A stretch of 64,000 nucleotides of DNA, from positions 384,001 to 448,000 of the forward strand of contig OY771587.1 in the NCBI GenBank assembly GCA_963674825.1, in the 5' to 3' direction. Shown here piece after piece: positions 51,330-62,041 of the stretch. Origin of the DNA: Candidatus Cloacimonadales bacterium (GTDB taxonomy: Bacteria; Cloacimonadota; Cloacimonadia; Cloacimonadales; JAIOQZ01). The notes beneath the pieces were generated by a model that worked only from the letters and a program-made list of their open reading frames with translations, had not been told where the DNA came from and made no database searches. Position 1 is the stretch's first letter. Every line of letters starts with the position of its first letter. A program made the position numbers and the translations under genes.

Positions 51330-51745
51330 ATCTCAACTCCTTCCCGGCACACGACTTTCGTCTTGATCGGGAGCTTGTGCATCGCAAGACGGAATGCGTC
51401 TTTTGCGATCTGGGTATCGACACCTTCGATCTCGAAGAGGACTCTTCCCGGTTTGACAACCGCTACCCAATATTCAGGAGCGCCCTTTCCTTTACCCATA
51501 CGGGTCTCGGCGGGTTTTTGTGTCACGGGCTTGTCCGGGAATATACGAATCCAGACTTTACCTTTACGTTGCATCTTACGGGTGATCGCCACACGAGCAG
51601 CCTCGATCTGACGGCTTGTGAGCCAGCCATCCTGCAGAGCAATGATTCCGTAATCGCCGAAATCTACATTGCTACCGCGCCATGCCAGACCTGTACGGCG
51701 GCCCCGCATTTTTTTTCTGTATTTTACTTTTTTCGGTGCTAACAT
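51326..51745 (-). CDS. rplP: 50S ribosomal protein L16
   Basis: [22 protein letters not shown]. Confidence 0.98.
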   Translation of the reverse strand: MLAPKKVKYRKKMRGRRTGLAWRGSNVDFGDYGIIALQDGWLTSRQIEAARVAITRKMQRKGKVWIRIFPDKPVTQKPAETRMGKGKGAPEYWVAVVKPGRVLFEIEGVDTQIAKDAFRLAMHKLPIKTKVVCREGVEI

Positions 51746-51773
51746 TCCCTAACTCCTTTATCCTGTAAGGTAA

Positions 51774-52424
51774 TTACCTTTCCAGGATCTCACCTTTATT
51801 GATCCACACCTTGATGCCGATCACGCCATAGGTTGTCTGGCATTCGGTTATAGCGTAGTCAATATCAGCCCGGAGGGTGTGAAGAGGTGTTCTGCCTTCC
51901 TGATACCGTTCGGTACGCGCCATATCTGCGCCGCCGAGACGACCGGAACACTGAATCTTGATTCCTTCAGCACCGTCGCGCTTGGCGTTACGGATTGCCA
52001 TCTTCATCGCGCGGCGGAACGAGACCCTCTCGCGAAGCTGACGGGCAACTTCCATGCCGACGAGTTTCGCATCCAGCCAGGGCTTTTTGATTTCGTGAAT
52101 GTTAATGAACACATTCAATTTCGCTTCTCTGTCCTTGTTCAAGAGAACAGTTAGCTCATTACGCAGCGCTTCGATCTCGGCGCCTTTCTTTCCGATCACC
52201 TGTCCGGGACGGGAAGTGTGGATATCCACGTTGATCGAGTTTGCTTTGCGCATCAGGCGAACCTTGGCAACCATGGCTCCGCGCAGACGCTGCTCAATAT
52301 ACTTCTTTACCTTAAGGTCTTCCATCAGATTATCGACATATTCTTCGCCTTTGGCAAACCATATGGAGTCGTAATCTTTATTTATACCGAGACGGTACAA
52401 TACCGGATTTATCTTCTGACCCAA
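51774..52424 (-). CDS. rpsC: 30S ribosomal protein S3
   Basis: MGQKINP, SGRLGGA, PLHTLRADID; TTG start. Confidence 0.98.
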   Translation of the reverse strand: MGQKINPVLYRLGINKDYDSIWFAKGEEYVDNLMEDLKVKKYIEQRLRGAMVAKVRLMRKANSINVDIHTSRPGQVIGKKGAEIEALRNELTVLLNKDREAKLNVFINIHEIKKPWLDAKLVGMEVARQLRERVSFRRAMKMAIRNAKRDGAEGIKIQCSGRLGGADMARTERYQEGRTPLHTLRADIDYAITECQTTYGVIGIKVWINKGEILER

Positions 52425-52435
52425 GTTAATCCTCC

Positions 52436-52774
52436 CTATTCGTCATCGGAAATTCCGAGCGTGATGTGACAGGTTTTCCTGCGAATTATCGTTGCTCTGC
52501 CATGTGCACGCTCACGATAACGCTTCATGATCGGGCCTTCATCTGCGAATGCTTCGTGCACGCGCATGTTTTCGATTTCAGCCTTACCTTCTTTATTCTC
52601 GGCATTAGCGACAGCCGCATTCAGCAGCTTCTGGATATTTACAGACACTCGCTTTTCTGAAAAAGCCAAGATTGTCTGAGCTTCCGTTACACGCTTACCG
52701 CGAATCAGATCGAGAACCAGCCTTGCTTTTCGGGCTGAACCTCGTAAGTTTCGTACTCTTGCGAAAGCTTCCAT
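52436..52774 (-). CDS. rplV: 50S ribosomal protein L22
   Basis: RKARLV, RAHGRA...CHIT. Confidence 0.97.
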   Translation of the reverse strand: MEAFARVRNLRGSARKARLVLDLIRGKRVTEAQTILAFSEKRVSVNIQKLLNAAVANAENKEGKAEIENMRVHEAFADEGPIMKRYRERAHGRATIIRRKTCHITLGISDDE

Positions 52775-52795
52775 TCCATATACCCCTTGCTGCTA

Positions 52796-53068
52796 TTAGC
52801 CTTTTTTCTTCTTCTCTTTGTGCCCACGGTAGGTGCGTGTCGGCGAGAATTCGCCAAGCTTGTGTCCCACCATGTTTTCGGTTACGTAAACAGGCACAAA
52901 TTTCCGACCGTTGTGAACAGCGAAGGTGTGTCCGATAAACTCGGGGAGAATCACCGAGCGTCTCGACCAGGTCTTCACGACCTGCTTCTTCTCTTCTTCG
53001 TTCAGCTTTTCGACTTTGACCATCAGATGATCGTCAACAAACGGTCCTTTCTTGATCGAACGAGCCAT
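52796..53068 (-). CDS. rpsS: 30S ribosomal protein S19
   Basis: [21 protein letters not shown]. Confidence 0.98.
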   Translation of the reverse strand: MARSIKKGPFVDDHLMVKVEKLNEEEKKQVVKTWSRRSVILPEFIGHTFAVHNGRKFVPVYVTENMVGHKLGEFSPTRTYRGHKEKKKKG

Positions 53069-53080
53069 ATATCCGTACTC

Positions 53081-53908
53081 CTATTTCTTGGACGACTTGA
53101 TAATGTATTTATCGGAATATTTCTTATGCTTACGTGTCTTTCCACCCTTGGCAAGAACGCCCCAGGGGGATACTGGATGACCGCCACCAGAGGTCCTTCC
53201 TTCACCACCACCCATCGGGTGATCGACCGGGTTCATCACAACACCACGAACGGTCGGGCGGATACCCATCCAGCGCTTTCTTCCTGCTTTACCGATAGTA
53301 ATCAGGTTGTGCTCGAGGTTTCCGACCTGTCCGATGGTCGCGTAGCATTCTTTACGAAGCTGATAAACGTCGCCGGAAGGAATACGTACGTGCACGTAGC
53401 CGCCTTCTTTTGCGATAACCTGTGCGCTCGAGCCTGCACTGCGGGCAATCTGGCCGCCGCGACCTGGCTTGAACTCGATATTGTGAACGATCGTACCGAG
53501 CGGAATCTTCGTCAGAGGAAGTGCGTTGCCGGTACGAATCGGTGAATTCTCACCGGAGATGACAAAATCGTCCACTTTCAGGCCGACCGGAGCGAGGATA
53601 TAGCGCTTCTCGCCATCGACGTAATGAAGCAGTGCGATACGAGCGCTGCGGTTCGGATCGTATTCGATCGAAGCCACTCTTGCTTTGATATCGAGTTTGT
53701 TGCGCTTGAAGTCGATGACACGGTAATGTCTCTTGTGACCGCCACCACGATGACGACAGGTAATGCGACCCTGGTTATTGCGACCAGCTTTCTTGGGCTG
53801 AGGTCTCAGCAGGGTTTTCTCCGGCGTTGAGGTGGTGATTTCCTCAAAGGTATAGCCGGTCTTGAATCGCTGTGTCGGTGTGATCGGTTTATACTTTTTG
53901 ATCCCCAT
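53081..53908 (-). CDS. rplB: 50S ribosomal protein L2
   Basis: [21 protein letters not shown]. Confidence 0.98.
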   Translation of the reverse strand: MGIKKYKPITPTQRFKTGYTFEEITTSTPEKTLLRPQPKKAGRNNQGRITCRHRGGGHKRHYRVIDFKRNKLDIKARVASIEYDPNRSARIALLHYVDGEKRYILAPVGLKVDDFVISGENSPIRTGNALPLTKIPLGTIVHNIEFKPGRGGQIARSAGSSAQVIAKEGGYVHVRIPSGDVYQLRKECYATIGQVGNLEHNLITIGKAGRKRWMGIRPTVRGVVMNPVDHPMGGGEGRTSGGGHPVSPWGVLAKGGKTRKHKKYSDKYIIKSSKK

Positions 53909-53923
53909 TGTCTGTCTCCCTTA

Positions 53924-54211
53924 TCATAGCTCGAGCTGCGGGATGCTCTGACCCTGCTCGAGTGTAACAATCGCCTTTTTCCAGTCCGGGCGCTTACCTA
54001 ATTCTCTACGGACGCGGCGCATCTTGCCACGCATGCGGATGGTGTTAACGCAATCGACTTTTACCGAAAAGACTTTCTCTATTGCCTGCTTGATCTCGAT
54101 CTTGTTCGCATTGATACTCACGCGGAAGGTATAGCAATTCTGCTTTGCTTTCAGCGCGGAACTTTTCTCTGTGAGGATCGGGGAAATGATGATTTCGCGT
54201 TCGTGTTTCAT
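53924..54211 (-). CDS. rplW: 50S ribosomal protein L23
   Basis: PILTEK, ANKIEIK, WKKAIVTL. Confidence 0.97.
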   Translation of the reverse strand: MKHEREIIISPILTEKSSALKAKQNCYTFRVSINANKIEIKQAIEKVFSVKVDCVNTIRMRGKMRRVRRELGKRPDWKKAIVTLEQGQSIPQLEL

Positions 54212-54843
54212 TTTCCGAATACCTCCTCGACTTTTTTGAGTGCCTGGGTGGTGAGAATCAGATGCTCACAGTTCAGGACTTCGTAGGCGAATACGCCGTC
54301 GGCGCGATCAAGCTTCATGTCGGTCATGTTTGCAAATGAGCGAACGATGCTGACATCGCTGCCATCGATAAGCATGAGCTTCTTTCCACCGTTCGGGAGC
54401 ATCTTCTCGATGATCTGGCGAGCGGCCTTGTAGCTCGGCTTCTCGAAATTGATATCTTCGATCACGTAAACGTTTCCGCTTTTTGCGCGGTCGCTAAGCG
54501 CGATCTTGAGAGCTAAACGTTTCTTCTTGCGGGGGATGTTGCGGGTCCAGTCTTTCGGGATAGGACCGAAAGCGTTTCCACCACCAACACGGACGACCGT
54601 ACGACGGTTACCCACGCGAGCGTTACCGGTACCTTTCTGACGGTAAAGCTTGCGACCGCTTCCCTTGATGTCAGAGCGGAACTTCACCGCGGCTGTTCCC
54701 TGACGCTGATTGCCAAGATACATCTTGATGACCTCGTAGATCACCGTCTCAGGATGTTTGGCTTCAACGGCAAACAACGATTCCGGTAACTGAACGGTTC
54801 CGATCTGGTCCCCGGCTGCCGAATATTTTTTTGCCTCTATCAT
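54208..54843 (-). CDS. rplD: 50S ribosomal protein L4
   Basis: RQGT, RQKGTGNAR, GGG..FGP. Confidence 0.97.
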   Translation of the reverse strand: MIEAKKYSAAGDQIGTVQLPESLFAVEAKHPETVIYEVIKMYLGNQRQGTAAVKFRSDIKGSGRKLYRQKGTGNARVGNRRTVVRVGGGNAFGPIPKDWTRNIPRKKKRLALKIALSDRAKSGNVYVIEDINFEKPSYKAARQIIEKMLPNGGKKLMLIDGSDVSIVRSFANMTDMKLDRADGVFAYEVLNCEHLILTTQALKKVEEVFGK

Positions 54844-54878
54844 TACTTTTACCTCACGATTTTCTCGTAACCCGCAGG

Positions 54879-55502
54879 TTACAGTTCCTTCTTCAGAAGC
54901 ACGATGCTGTCTTTGTGACCTGGTACCGCGCCTTGAACCATAACGAGGTTCTGCTCGGGGATCACTCTGATAACTTTCAGGTTCTTGACGGTGACGGTAT
55001 CAACACCATAGTGTCCAGCCATCTTACGGCCCTTGAACACGCGTGAAGGTGTTGCGCACTGACCGATCGATCCCGGTCCGCGATAGGATTCGTGAACACC
55101 GTGAGTTGCTTTGAAGCCACGGAAGTTGTGACGTTTCATCACACCAGCGAATCCACGACCCTTGGATGTTCCCTGAACCGAAAGAAGTTCGTTTTCCTGG
55201 AACATGGTCACGTTAAGAATTTCACCCTCGGCGATGTCCTTGTAAAGTTTCAGACGAAACTCGCGAAGGAAACGGTAAGCCGGGCTATTGTGCTTCTTAT
55301 AATGATTGCGTTGAGGTTTCTTTGCCTTTTTATCTTCGATTTTTTCAAATCCGAGCTGCACAGCGTCGTATCCATCTCTATCCATGGTCTTCTTCTGCAC
55401 TACCTGGCAGGGACCAGCCTGGATAACAGTCACCGGAGTAACTTTTCCGGATTCGTCGAACACCTGTGTCATTCCTACTTTCTTACCAATCAGTCCGATC
55501 AT
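54879..55502 (-). CDS. rplC: 50S ribosomal protein L3
   Basis: KVGMTQ, SKGRGF, PGSIG, GAVPG. Confidence 0.98.
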   Translation of the reverse strand: MIGLIGKKVGMTQVFDESGKVTPVTVIQAGPCQVVQKKTMDRDGYDAVQLGFEKIEDKKAKKPQRNHYKKHNSPAYRFLREFRLKLYKDIAEGEILNVTMFQENELLSVQGTSKGRGFAGVMKRHNFRGFKATHGVHESYRGPGSIGQCATPSRVFKGRKMAGHYGVDTVTVKNLKVIRVIPEQNLVMVQGAVPGHKDSIVLLKKEL

Positions 55503-55512
55503 GATTCACCCC

Positions 55513-55830
55513 TTAAGCCTTGATCTCCACGTGAACGCCTGCCGGCAGGCTGAGCTTTTTAAGTGCTCCAGCTGTTTGCGGTGTGGGATTCACGATATCG
55601 ACCAAACGTTTGTGAACCAGCATTTCGAACTGGTCTTCAGATTTCTTGTCAACATGAGGCGACCGATGAACGGTATAGATCGTGCGTTCAGTCGGAAGTG
55701 GAATCGGACCCATGATCTTTGCGCCCGTGTTCCTGGTGCTCTTAATGATTTCAGCAACGGATTTGTCCAGCAGACGATAATCGTATGCTTTCAGCTTGAT
55801 CCGAATTCTATTTTCTTTGGATTTACCCAC
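55513..55830 (-). CDS. rpsJ: 30S ribosomal protein S10
   Basis: [27 protein letters not shown] start. Confidence 0.98.
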   Translation of the reverse strand: MGKSKENRIRIKLKAYDYRLLDKSVAEIIKSTRNTGAKIMGPIPLPTERTIYTVHRSPHVDKKSEDQFEMLVHKRLVDIVNPTPQTAGALKKLSLPAGVHVEIKA

Positions 55831-55842
55831 AATTCCTCCAGA

Positions 55843-57027
55843 TTATTCGAGGATATCACCGACGACGCCGGCACCGATGGTGCGTCCACCTTCGCGGATA
55901 GCGAAGCGGAGACCCTGTTCCATAGCGATCGGGGTGATCAGTTCAACGTTGACCTCTACGTGGTCACCAGGCATTACCATCTCGACGCCTTCAGGAAGGG
56001 TCAGGGAGCCGGTAACGTCCGTGGTGCGGAAGTAGAACTGCGGACGGTAGCCACTGAAGAACGGCTTATGACGTCCACCTTCGTCTCCGGTCAGCACGTA
56101 GGTCTTACCAGTGAACTTGGTGTGAGGGGTGATCGACTTCGGTTTCGCAAGTACCATACCGCGTTCGATATCGGTCTTGGCGATACCGCGAAGAAGCATA
56201 CCCACGTTGTCGCCTGCCTGGCCTTCGTCGAGGATCTTACGGAACATCTCGACACCGGTACAGGTGGTTTCGATGGTTTCACGGATACCAACGCGCTCGA
56301 TCTTCTCGCCAACTTTCACGATTCCGCGCTCGATACGGCCCGTAGCTACTGTGCCACGTCCCTGGATCGAGAACACGTCTTCGACCGGCATGAGGAAAGG
56401 CTTGTCAACATCGCGCTCGGGAAGCGGAACGTAACGATCGACTTCGTCCATCAGTTCCTGAATCTGGGCTTCACCTTCCGGATCTGCGTTCAGACCTTTA
56501 AGTGCAGAACCCTTGATCACGGGAATATCGTCGCCCGGGAATTCGTATTCGGAAAGAAGCTCGCGAACTTCAAGTTCCACAAGCTCAAGAATTTCTTCGT
56601 CGTCCACAAGGTCGCATTTGTTCATGAAAACGACCATTGCGGGTACGCCTACCTGACGGGCAAGCAGGATGTGCTCGCGGGTCTGGGGCATTGGGCCGTC
56701 AGCTGCGCTAACCACAAGGATAGCTCCGTCCATCTGGGCGGCGCCGGTGATCATGTTCTTGACATAGTCAGCATGACCAGGGCAGTCTACGTGCGCGTAG
56801 TGACGATTTGCTGTTTCGTATTCGACGTGCGCCGTCGCGATGGTGATACCACGCTCGCGCTCTTCCGGTGCGTTGTCGATACTATCGAATGAACGGAATG
56901 CAGCACCGGTCTTCTTGCTAAGATAAAGCGTAATCGCCGCGGTAAGTGTCGTCTTACCGTGGTCAACGTGACCGATCGTTCCTATGTTAACATGAGGCTT
57001 CGTTCTCTCAAATTTCGCCTTTGCCAT
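55843..57027 (-). CDS. tuf: Elongation factor Tu
   Basis: [27 protein letters not shown]. Confidence 0.99.
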   Translation of the reverse strand: MAKAKFERTKPHVNIGTIGHVDHGKTTLTAAITLYLSKKTGAAFRSFDSIDNAPEERERGITIATAHVEYETANRHYAHVDCPGHADYVKNMITGAAQMDGAILVVSAADGPMPQTREHILLARQVGVPAMVVFMNKCDLVDDEEILELVELEVRELLSEYEFPGDDIPVIKGSALKGLNADPEGEAQIQELMDEVDRYVPLPERDVDKPFLMPVEDVFSIQGRGTVATGRIERGIVKVGEKIERVGIRETIETTCTGVEMFRKILDEGQAGDNVGMLLRGIAKTDIERGMVLAKPKSITPHTKFTGKTYVLTGDEGGRHKPFFSGYRPQFYFRTTDVTGSLTLPEGVEMVMPGDHVEVNVELITPIAMEQGLRFAIREGGRTIGAGVVGDILE

Positions 57028-57531
57028 GATTCCTCCTTGGCTCTAATGATCGATAACTCTGCACTTTATGCAGAATTTCCCTTCGGCAGATTCCTTTTGA
57101 ATTTGCCTGTGAGCGCTGAAATTCTCCCATTGAGATTTTATGTCAAACGTTTTTTTCTTTTTTCGCTATTTTGATCAAAAACAAGGAGTTAACCTTGAGT
57201 GCGGCGGACTCAAGGAAGTCTCTTTTTCAACGTTTTCCTGACAACAAACATACAATTGATTTTCTACGTGGAATCCCCACTTTTCCTGCTGAGAATGGCT
57301 GTCTTCGCTCCGAAGAAGCATGAAAATTAGATTTCTATTTAACGATTTATTATCGAATTTTATTTTAGCGATAAACCTCACCCCGAAGTCCCAACCTTTT
57401 CACTGTACATTATATATGCGCGAATGAAGAGTTTTCGACTCCCTGATAATACGTAACCGGCAGAAACGAATTGACAATCCTTCCGAACGCAGAATTCTTA
57501 CGTCAAAATCAAGCAAAACAAGGAGCGAACC

Positions 57532-58371
57532 ATGGAATTCGTTACCATACGTAAGTTTCAAAACGATATCGAAGCCACCCTCGCAATGAACCTCCTGAAA
57601 GACAGCGGGATCGAAGCAATCCTCACCGACGAGCATATCATCGGTATATATCCGTCCCTCAGTACAATGGGCATGGGCATCAGCCTCAAAATCCCGCCGG
57701 ACCGTGAACAGGAAGCACTGGCGATTCTTGAAAGATTCGAGCAATGCAAGGATCAGGAATGCGATGACGAAGAAGTCGAAGGCTTCACCACGCTTCTTAA
57801 CGACGAATCGATCATCGAACTACTTCGTGAAAGCGGCGCACTTCTGACCGGTCATTTTAAACTGACTTCCGGCAGGCACAGCGAACGCTACGTAGAGAAA
57901 ATCCGTCTGATACACCATCCGGATAAAGTTGCTGTACTCTGCCGCGAACTGGCAATGCGCCTCCGCAATTTTGATCCCGACATCGTAGTTGGCCCAGCAA
58001 TGGGCGGTATCGTGTTGGCGTATGAAGTTGCAAAGGTTCTCGGCAAACGCTTTGTATTCGCACAGCGCAAAGACGGCGAGATGACCATCCGCAGCGGTTT
58101 CCCGCTCAAGAAAGGCGAGAAAGCTATCGTCATCGAAGACATTTCCACCACCGGTGGCAGCATCATCGAGGTCAACGAAGCGCTCAAGAAGCGCGACATC
58201 GATGTAATCGCGGTTGGGCTTCTGGTCGATCGCTCTTGCGGCAGGCTCCAGCTCGAAATGCCACTTGTCTCGCTCCTGCAACTCGATATTCCTTCATGGG
58301 AACCGGACGAATGTCCGTTATGTGCCGAAGGTAAGCCCATTACTACTCCCGGATCGAGCGACAAGAAATGA
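57532..58371 (+). CDS. pyrE: Orotate phosphoribosyltransferase with N-terminal DUF2007-like domain
   Basis: GHFKLTSGRHS, GPAMGG, VIEDISTTGGS, CPLC..G. N-terminal EA.LAMNLLKDSGIEA...EALAIL domain. Confidence 0.9.
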   Translation: MEFVTIRKFQNDIEATLAMNLLKDSGIEAILTDEHIIGIYPSLSTMGMGISLKIPPDREQEALAILERFEQCKDQECDDEEVEGFTTLLNDESIIELLRESGALLTGHFKLTSGRHSERYVEKIRLIHHPDKVAVLCRELAMRLRNFDPDIVVGPAMGGIVLAYEVAKVLGKRFVFAQRKDGEMTIRSGFPLKKGEKAIVIEDISTTGGSIIEVNEALKKRDIDVIAVGLLVDRSCGRLQLEMPLVSLLQLDIPSWEPDECPLCAEGKPITTPGSSDKK

Positions 58372-60050
58372 TCAGGCTCGCGATTACAACGGGCGACCCG
58401 ACTGGGATCGGGCCCGAGATCACTGTAAAAGCTTTGCAGTTCTATCCGCTTCGAAAGGAAATCTGTTACGTCGTGTACGGAACGCTGCCGGAGTACGAGG
58501 ACGGCACGAAACCAATACGAATTGGCAGTCTCAACGAGGCGGAGAGAACTGGCGTTATCTATCATCTTCCCATCGAAGAGCAAAGCGACTCTGGTGCGAC
58601 CGCGCTGAAGATCCTTACTCAGTGCCGCGACGATCTCCGCAAGGGTGATTTGCATGGCGTGGTAACCTGCCCGGTCTCCAAGCATGAAATCCGCAAAACA
58701 CAGCCAGATTTCATAGGCCATACCGAGTTCTTCGCCGAAAATCCCGACAACGTGGTGATGTCCTTCTGGGGTGACGTGTTCAACATCGCGCTGCTGACTA
58801 CTCACATGCCCGTCTGCGAGATCGGCGGCCACCTCGATCCAGAGGTCGTGATCCCGAAACTGCGGTTGATCCACAAAGCTGCGGCCGAGATGATCGAAAA
58901 GCCACGACTGGCAATACTGGGCGTAAATCCTCACTCCGGTGAATCGGGAGCATTCGGCACGGAAGAAGCCATGCTGACGCATTCGCTCGAGACTCTGAAG
59001 CAGGAAGATATTGTAATCGATGGGCCGTTCCCGGCGGATACATTCTTTGCCGCAAAAGCCTCACAATACAATATGATCATCTCCGCGTACCACGACCAGG
59101 CGCTGATCCCCTTCAAGATGCTGCACCCCAACAGCGGCGTGAACATGACGCTGGGACTGCCGTTCGTGCGTACATCTGTTGACCACGGAACCGCGTTTGA
59201 CATTGTCGGCAAGGGTATCGCCAACGAAGGCAGCCTGGAAAACGCCATTCGCCTCGCAGAAAAGAAGCTGTTGAGCAAAGAGATCAGCTTCGAGCCTATA
59301 TACAACGCTTTCGCGCCCTATTACGATCAATACATGGAGCACGTACGCTACGACGCTTGGACAGGGCTGATTCTCAACCAGTACAACAAGCTGCGCAAGA
59401 ATAAGCCGCAGAAGGTGCTTGAACTCGCCTGCGGAACCGCGAATATCGCTTGCCGCCTGGTGAAGAAGGGTATCTCTGTCGATGCGTGCGACCTCGCCAC
59501 CGCGATGGTCAAGGCTGCTTCACGCAAGCCGTTCAAGCCAAACCTTTTCCGCCATGATATGCTCGATCCGCTGCCGCGCTCCGGGTACGACCTCGCCCTG
59601 ATGATGTTTGATAGCCTCAACTACCTGCAAAGCATCGAGCAGATCGCGCCCGTGCTGAATCACATCCACGACGCTCTGCTGCCCGAAGGTGTTCTTATAT
59701 TCGATATCACCACCATCCGCAACTGCCGCGACAATTTTGATGGATTCGTAAACATTGACGATGATGGCAAATGCTATATGGTGCACACCAGCGAACTGGA
59801 CGAGAACGAGAAAACGCAGATAACCAGACTGACTTTTTTCCACAACAGGAAACTCTTCTACACGCGCGACGATGAAGTGCACTACCAGCGCATCTTCCCC
59901 ACTTCGATCGTGCTGGACGAGATTGCTAAAACGCCGTTTAATCTTGCAGGTATCTATTCCATCGATGGGCCGGACAACCTCCTGCGCACCAGGCCGCGCA
60001 AGCTCGACGAATCGTTCGACCGCCTCTTTTTCGTACTGGAGAAGGCATGA
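58368..60050 (+). CDS. pdxA: PdxA-family dehydrogenase fused to class I SAM methyltransferase
   Basis: TGDPTGIGPE, GHTE, NPHSGE, GPFPADT, YHDQ, RTSVDHGTAFDI, then in-frame FAPYYD...LELACGT...DSLNY. Confidence 0.9.
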   Translation: MIRLAITTGDPTGIGPEITVKALQFYPLRKEICYVVYGTLPEYEDGTKPIRIGSLNEAERTGVIYHLPIEEQSDSGATALKILTQCRDDLRKGDLHGVVTCPVSKHEIRKTQPDFIGHTEFFAENPDNVVMSFWGDVFNIALLTTHMPVCEIGGHLDPEVVIPKLRLIHKAAAEMIEKPRLAILGVNPHSGESGAFGTEEAMLTHSLETLKQEDIVIDGPFPADTFFAAKASQYNMIISAYHDQALIPFKMLHPNSGVNMTLGLPFVRTSVDHGTAFDIVGKGIANEGSLENAIRLAEKKLLSKEISFEPIYNAFAPYYDQYMEHVRYDAWTGLILNQYNKLRKNKPQKVLELACGTANIACRLVKKGISVDACDLATAMVKAASRKPFKPNLFRHDMLDPLPRSGYDLALMMFDSLNYLQSIEQIAPVLNHIHDALLPEGVLIFDITTIRNCRDNFDGFVNIDDDGKCYMVHTSELDENEKTQITRLTFFHNRKLFYTRDDEVHYQRIFPTSIVLDEIAKTPFNLAGIYSIDGPDNLLRTRPRKLDESFDRLFFVLEKA

Positions 60051-60658
60051 TTCGCTATCGTGCCGAGTGGGACGAGTTTCAAGAATATACCCACATCGCG
60101 GGGATTGATGAAGCTGGACGCGGACCGCTGGCCGGGCCGGTGGTGGTTGCGGCGGTGATTCTGGATCCTGCAAATGAAATCAAGGGGTTAAACGACTCCA
60201 AAAAGTTGTCGGAAAAGAAGCGCGAGGCGTTGTTCGGAGAAATCCGGCAGAAGGCCCTCGCCTTCCGGATTGTCGAGATATCGCCCGAGACCATCGACGA
60301 GATGAACATTCTGTGGGCAACCATGCACGGCATGACCCTGGCTGCGACAGGCCTTGATACCGAGCCGGAGTTTTGTCTCATCGACGGTAATCGTATCCCG
60401 AAAGGCTTTCCTTTCAGCGCCGAATTCGCGATCAAGGGCGACGGACGCTACGCGTCAATCGCCGCGGCGTCCATTCTCGCCAAGGTAACCCGCGACCGCA
60501 TCATGATCGACTTCCACCAGAAATACCCGCATTACCATTTCGATACAAACAAGGGCTACCCCACCAAAGAGCATCTCGACGCCATCGAACAGCATGGTAT
60601 CTGCCCCATCCACCGTAGATCATACGCCCCGGTGAGCCAGATGCGGCTGGGGTTTTAG
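60047..60658 (+). CDS. rnhB: Ribonuclease HII
   Basis: GIDEAGRGPLAGPV, DSKKL, IAAASILAKV.RD, NKGYPT. Confidence 0.97.
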   Translation: MIRYRAEWDEFQEYTHIAGIDEAGRGPLAGPVVVAAVILDPANEIKGLNDSKKLSEKKREALFGEIRQKALAFRIVEISPETIDEMNILWATMHGMTLAATGLDTEPEFCLIDGNRIPKGFPFSAEFAIKGDGRYASIAAASILAKVTRDRIMIDFHQKYPHYHFDTNKGYPTKEHLDAIEQHGICPIHRRSYAPVSQMRLGF

Positions 60659-60671
60659 TCTACATACTTCA

Positions 60672-60859
60672 ATTCTAGTAGAACGAGACATCATTAGCCC
60701 GGTGCGTGAGCGCCGGGAGCATAAAGCACCAGCCTCACACCCTCCGCCCGATAGGTTCGTTCGAGATCGAGCAGCGTGTTCATTCCCGACGAAGGCGGGG
60801 TGTTACACGGCGTCGCGAGGGGGGATCGGACGAAGATACGGGTGGATGTGATAACACCA
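60672..60859 (+). repeat. REP-like plus long-hairpin composite repeat, copy B
   Basis: Core 60726-60859 is nearly identical to 62098-62230; preceded by TAG-cccggtgc-GTGA-gcgccggg hairpin. Confidence 0.9.
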
Positions 60860-60881
60860 ATCTTCTGGATGTTTGGCGTGA

Positions 60882-61823
60882 TCACACATTAGGCTGATTG
60901 GCAAATCGTTCGTTCATTTCAGAAATGAACTCGGCGAGCGAAACAGGTTTTATTATACAACCGAGTAGCTTGTAGCCAATTTCAGCTTTTCGTCTAAGTC
61001 TTTTATCTTCAGTGATGAAGTACTCGGACTGGCCAAGAGCTGCATATGCTGCATGGCTTGCATCCACAAACATTGTACTGCATATAGAATCAGATGCGAA
61101 TCTAATAGTATCTAGAAAGAAGAAAAGACCTGTCATTTTTGCAACTAGATCATCCTCTGCAAAGTATTGAAGTATACCGATCTCTTTAGTCAGAAAATCC
61201 AAATCACCATCATCGAGCATTGATCTGCATTTATTTACGTCCTTTTCATACAACTTGCTCCACTTTTCCATTCTGTCCTTATACATGCTATATTCACTTT
61301 TACTATTCATCCATCGTAGTAGATTGCGAGATAATAATTGCATGTATTCAAATGTATTGTCAGGTATATCACCATCCTCTTCCACAATCAGGGAGTTCTT
61401 CGCGAAATCAGACATTTCTTTACTTATTTTTTCATGTTTCATGAAATCGATTTTGAAAGATTCAGTTCTCTCTAACATATCTAAGACCTCCTTAAATACG
61501 CCCCCATACTCCCCTGTTACAATATATATGTTTTCATTACTATACACCTTGACATATTCTCCATCAGACTGATCCCTTACAATACAACACCCTTTTGTTA
61601 ATATCTGAATAATGTCTCGTACAGATACCGTTTCTTGATATTCACCGGCAGACAGATCCTCAACATGCGCCACAGAGAAATACGTAATAAGTTCATTGCT
61701 TATAATGCGAAACAGAAAATCCTCGATTCCATCATCCATATCTGATTCGCGCTTATCGAGATAATTATTCAGCTTAATAAACTCGTTCGTATCAAGATAG
61801 AAAAGCGTTGGAAGTCTCTTCAT
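60882..61823 (-). CDS. AT-rich hypothetical protein with PIN-like nuclease motifs
   Basis: N-terminal YLDTN, HVED, C-terminal DASHAAYA...FITEDKRL; GAGG RBS; visibly more AT-rich than the flanks. Confidence 0.7.
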   Translation of the reverse strand: MKRLPTLFYLDTNEFIKLNNYLDKRESDMDDGIEDFLFRIISNELITYFSVAHVEDLSAGEYQETVSVRDIIQILTKGCCIVRDQSDGEYVKVYSNENIYIVTGEYGGVFKEVLDMLERTESFKIDFMKHEKISKEMSDFAKNSLIVEEDGDIPDNTFEYMQLLSRNLLRWMNSKSEYSMYKDRMEKWSKLYEKDVNKCRSMLDDGDLDFLTKEIGILQYFAEDDLVAKMTGLFFFLDTIRFASDSICSTMFVDASHAAYAALGQSEYFITEDKRLRRKAEIGYKLLGCIIKPVSLAEFISEMNERFANQPNV

Positions 61824-62041
61824 TGTACCTCTTTGTTAATCCCCGAAATCGACAACAGGCTCTTTATTGTTAATTACTAAACCACCATATATGTCAATAA
61901 ATTATTCTATAGATCACAAACATGCATATATTTCAATCCACCTCATCACCCCTTAAAGAATGTTACAAGCAAGAGTACTGCGGTGCCAGATCATAATGCC
62001 ATAAAACCAACATTCGGAAGACCTCCGTGCTCCATGAGAAA

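Noticed and set aside
55384..56892. 502-aa plus-strand ORF and other long antisense ORFs over conserved genes
   Set aside because: These are shadow frames opposite tuf, r-protein genes, lon, mgtE and pdxA, with no motifs or RBS.
57028..57531. tRNA cluster upstream of tuf
   Set aside because: No TTCGA T-loop cloverleaf was found on either strand.
60847..60900. Possible integron attC site after the PIN-like gene
   Set aside because: GCCTAAT and GTTATCA are imperfect and non-complementary R boxes, and no integrase is present.
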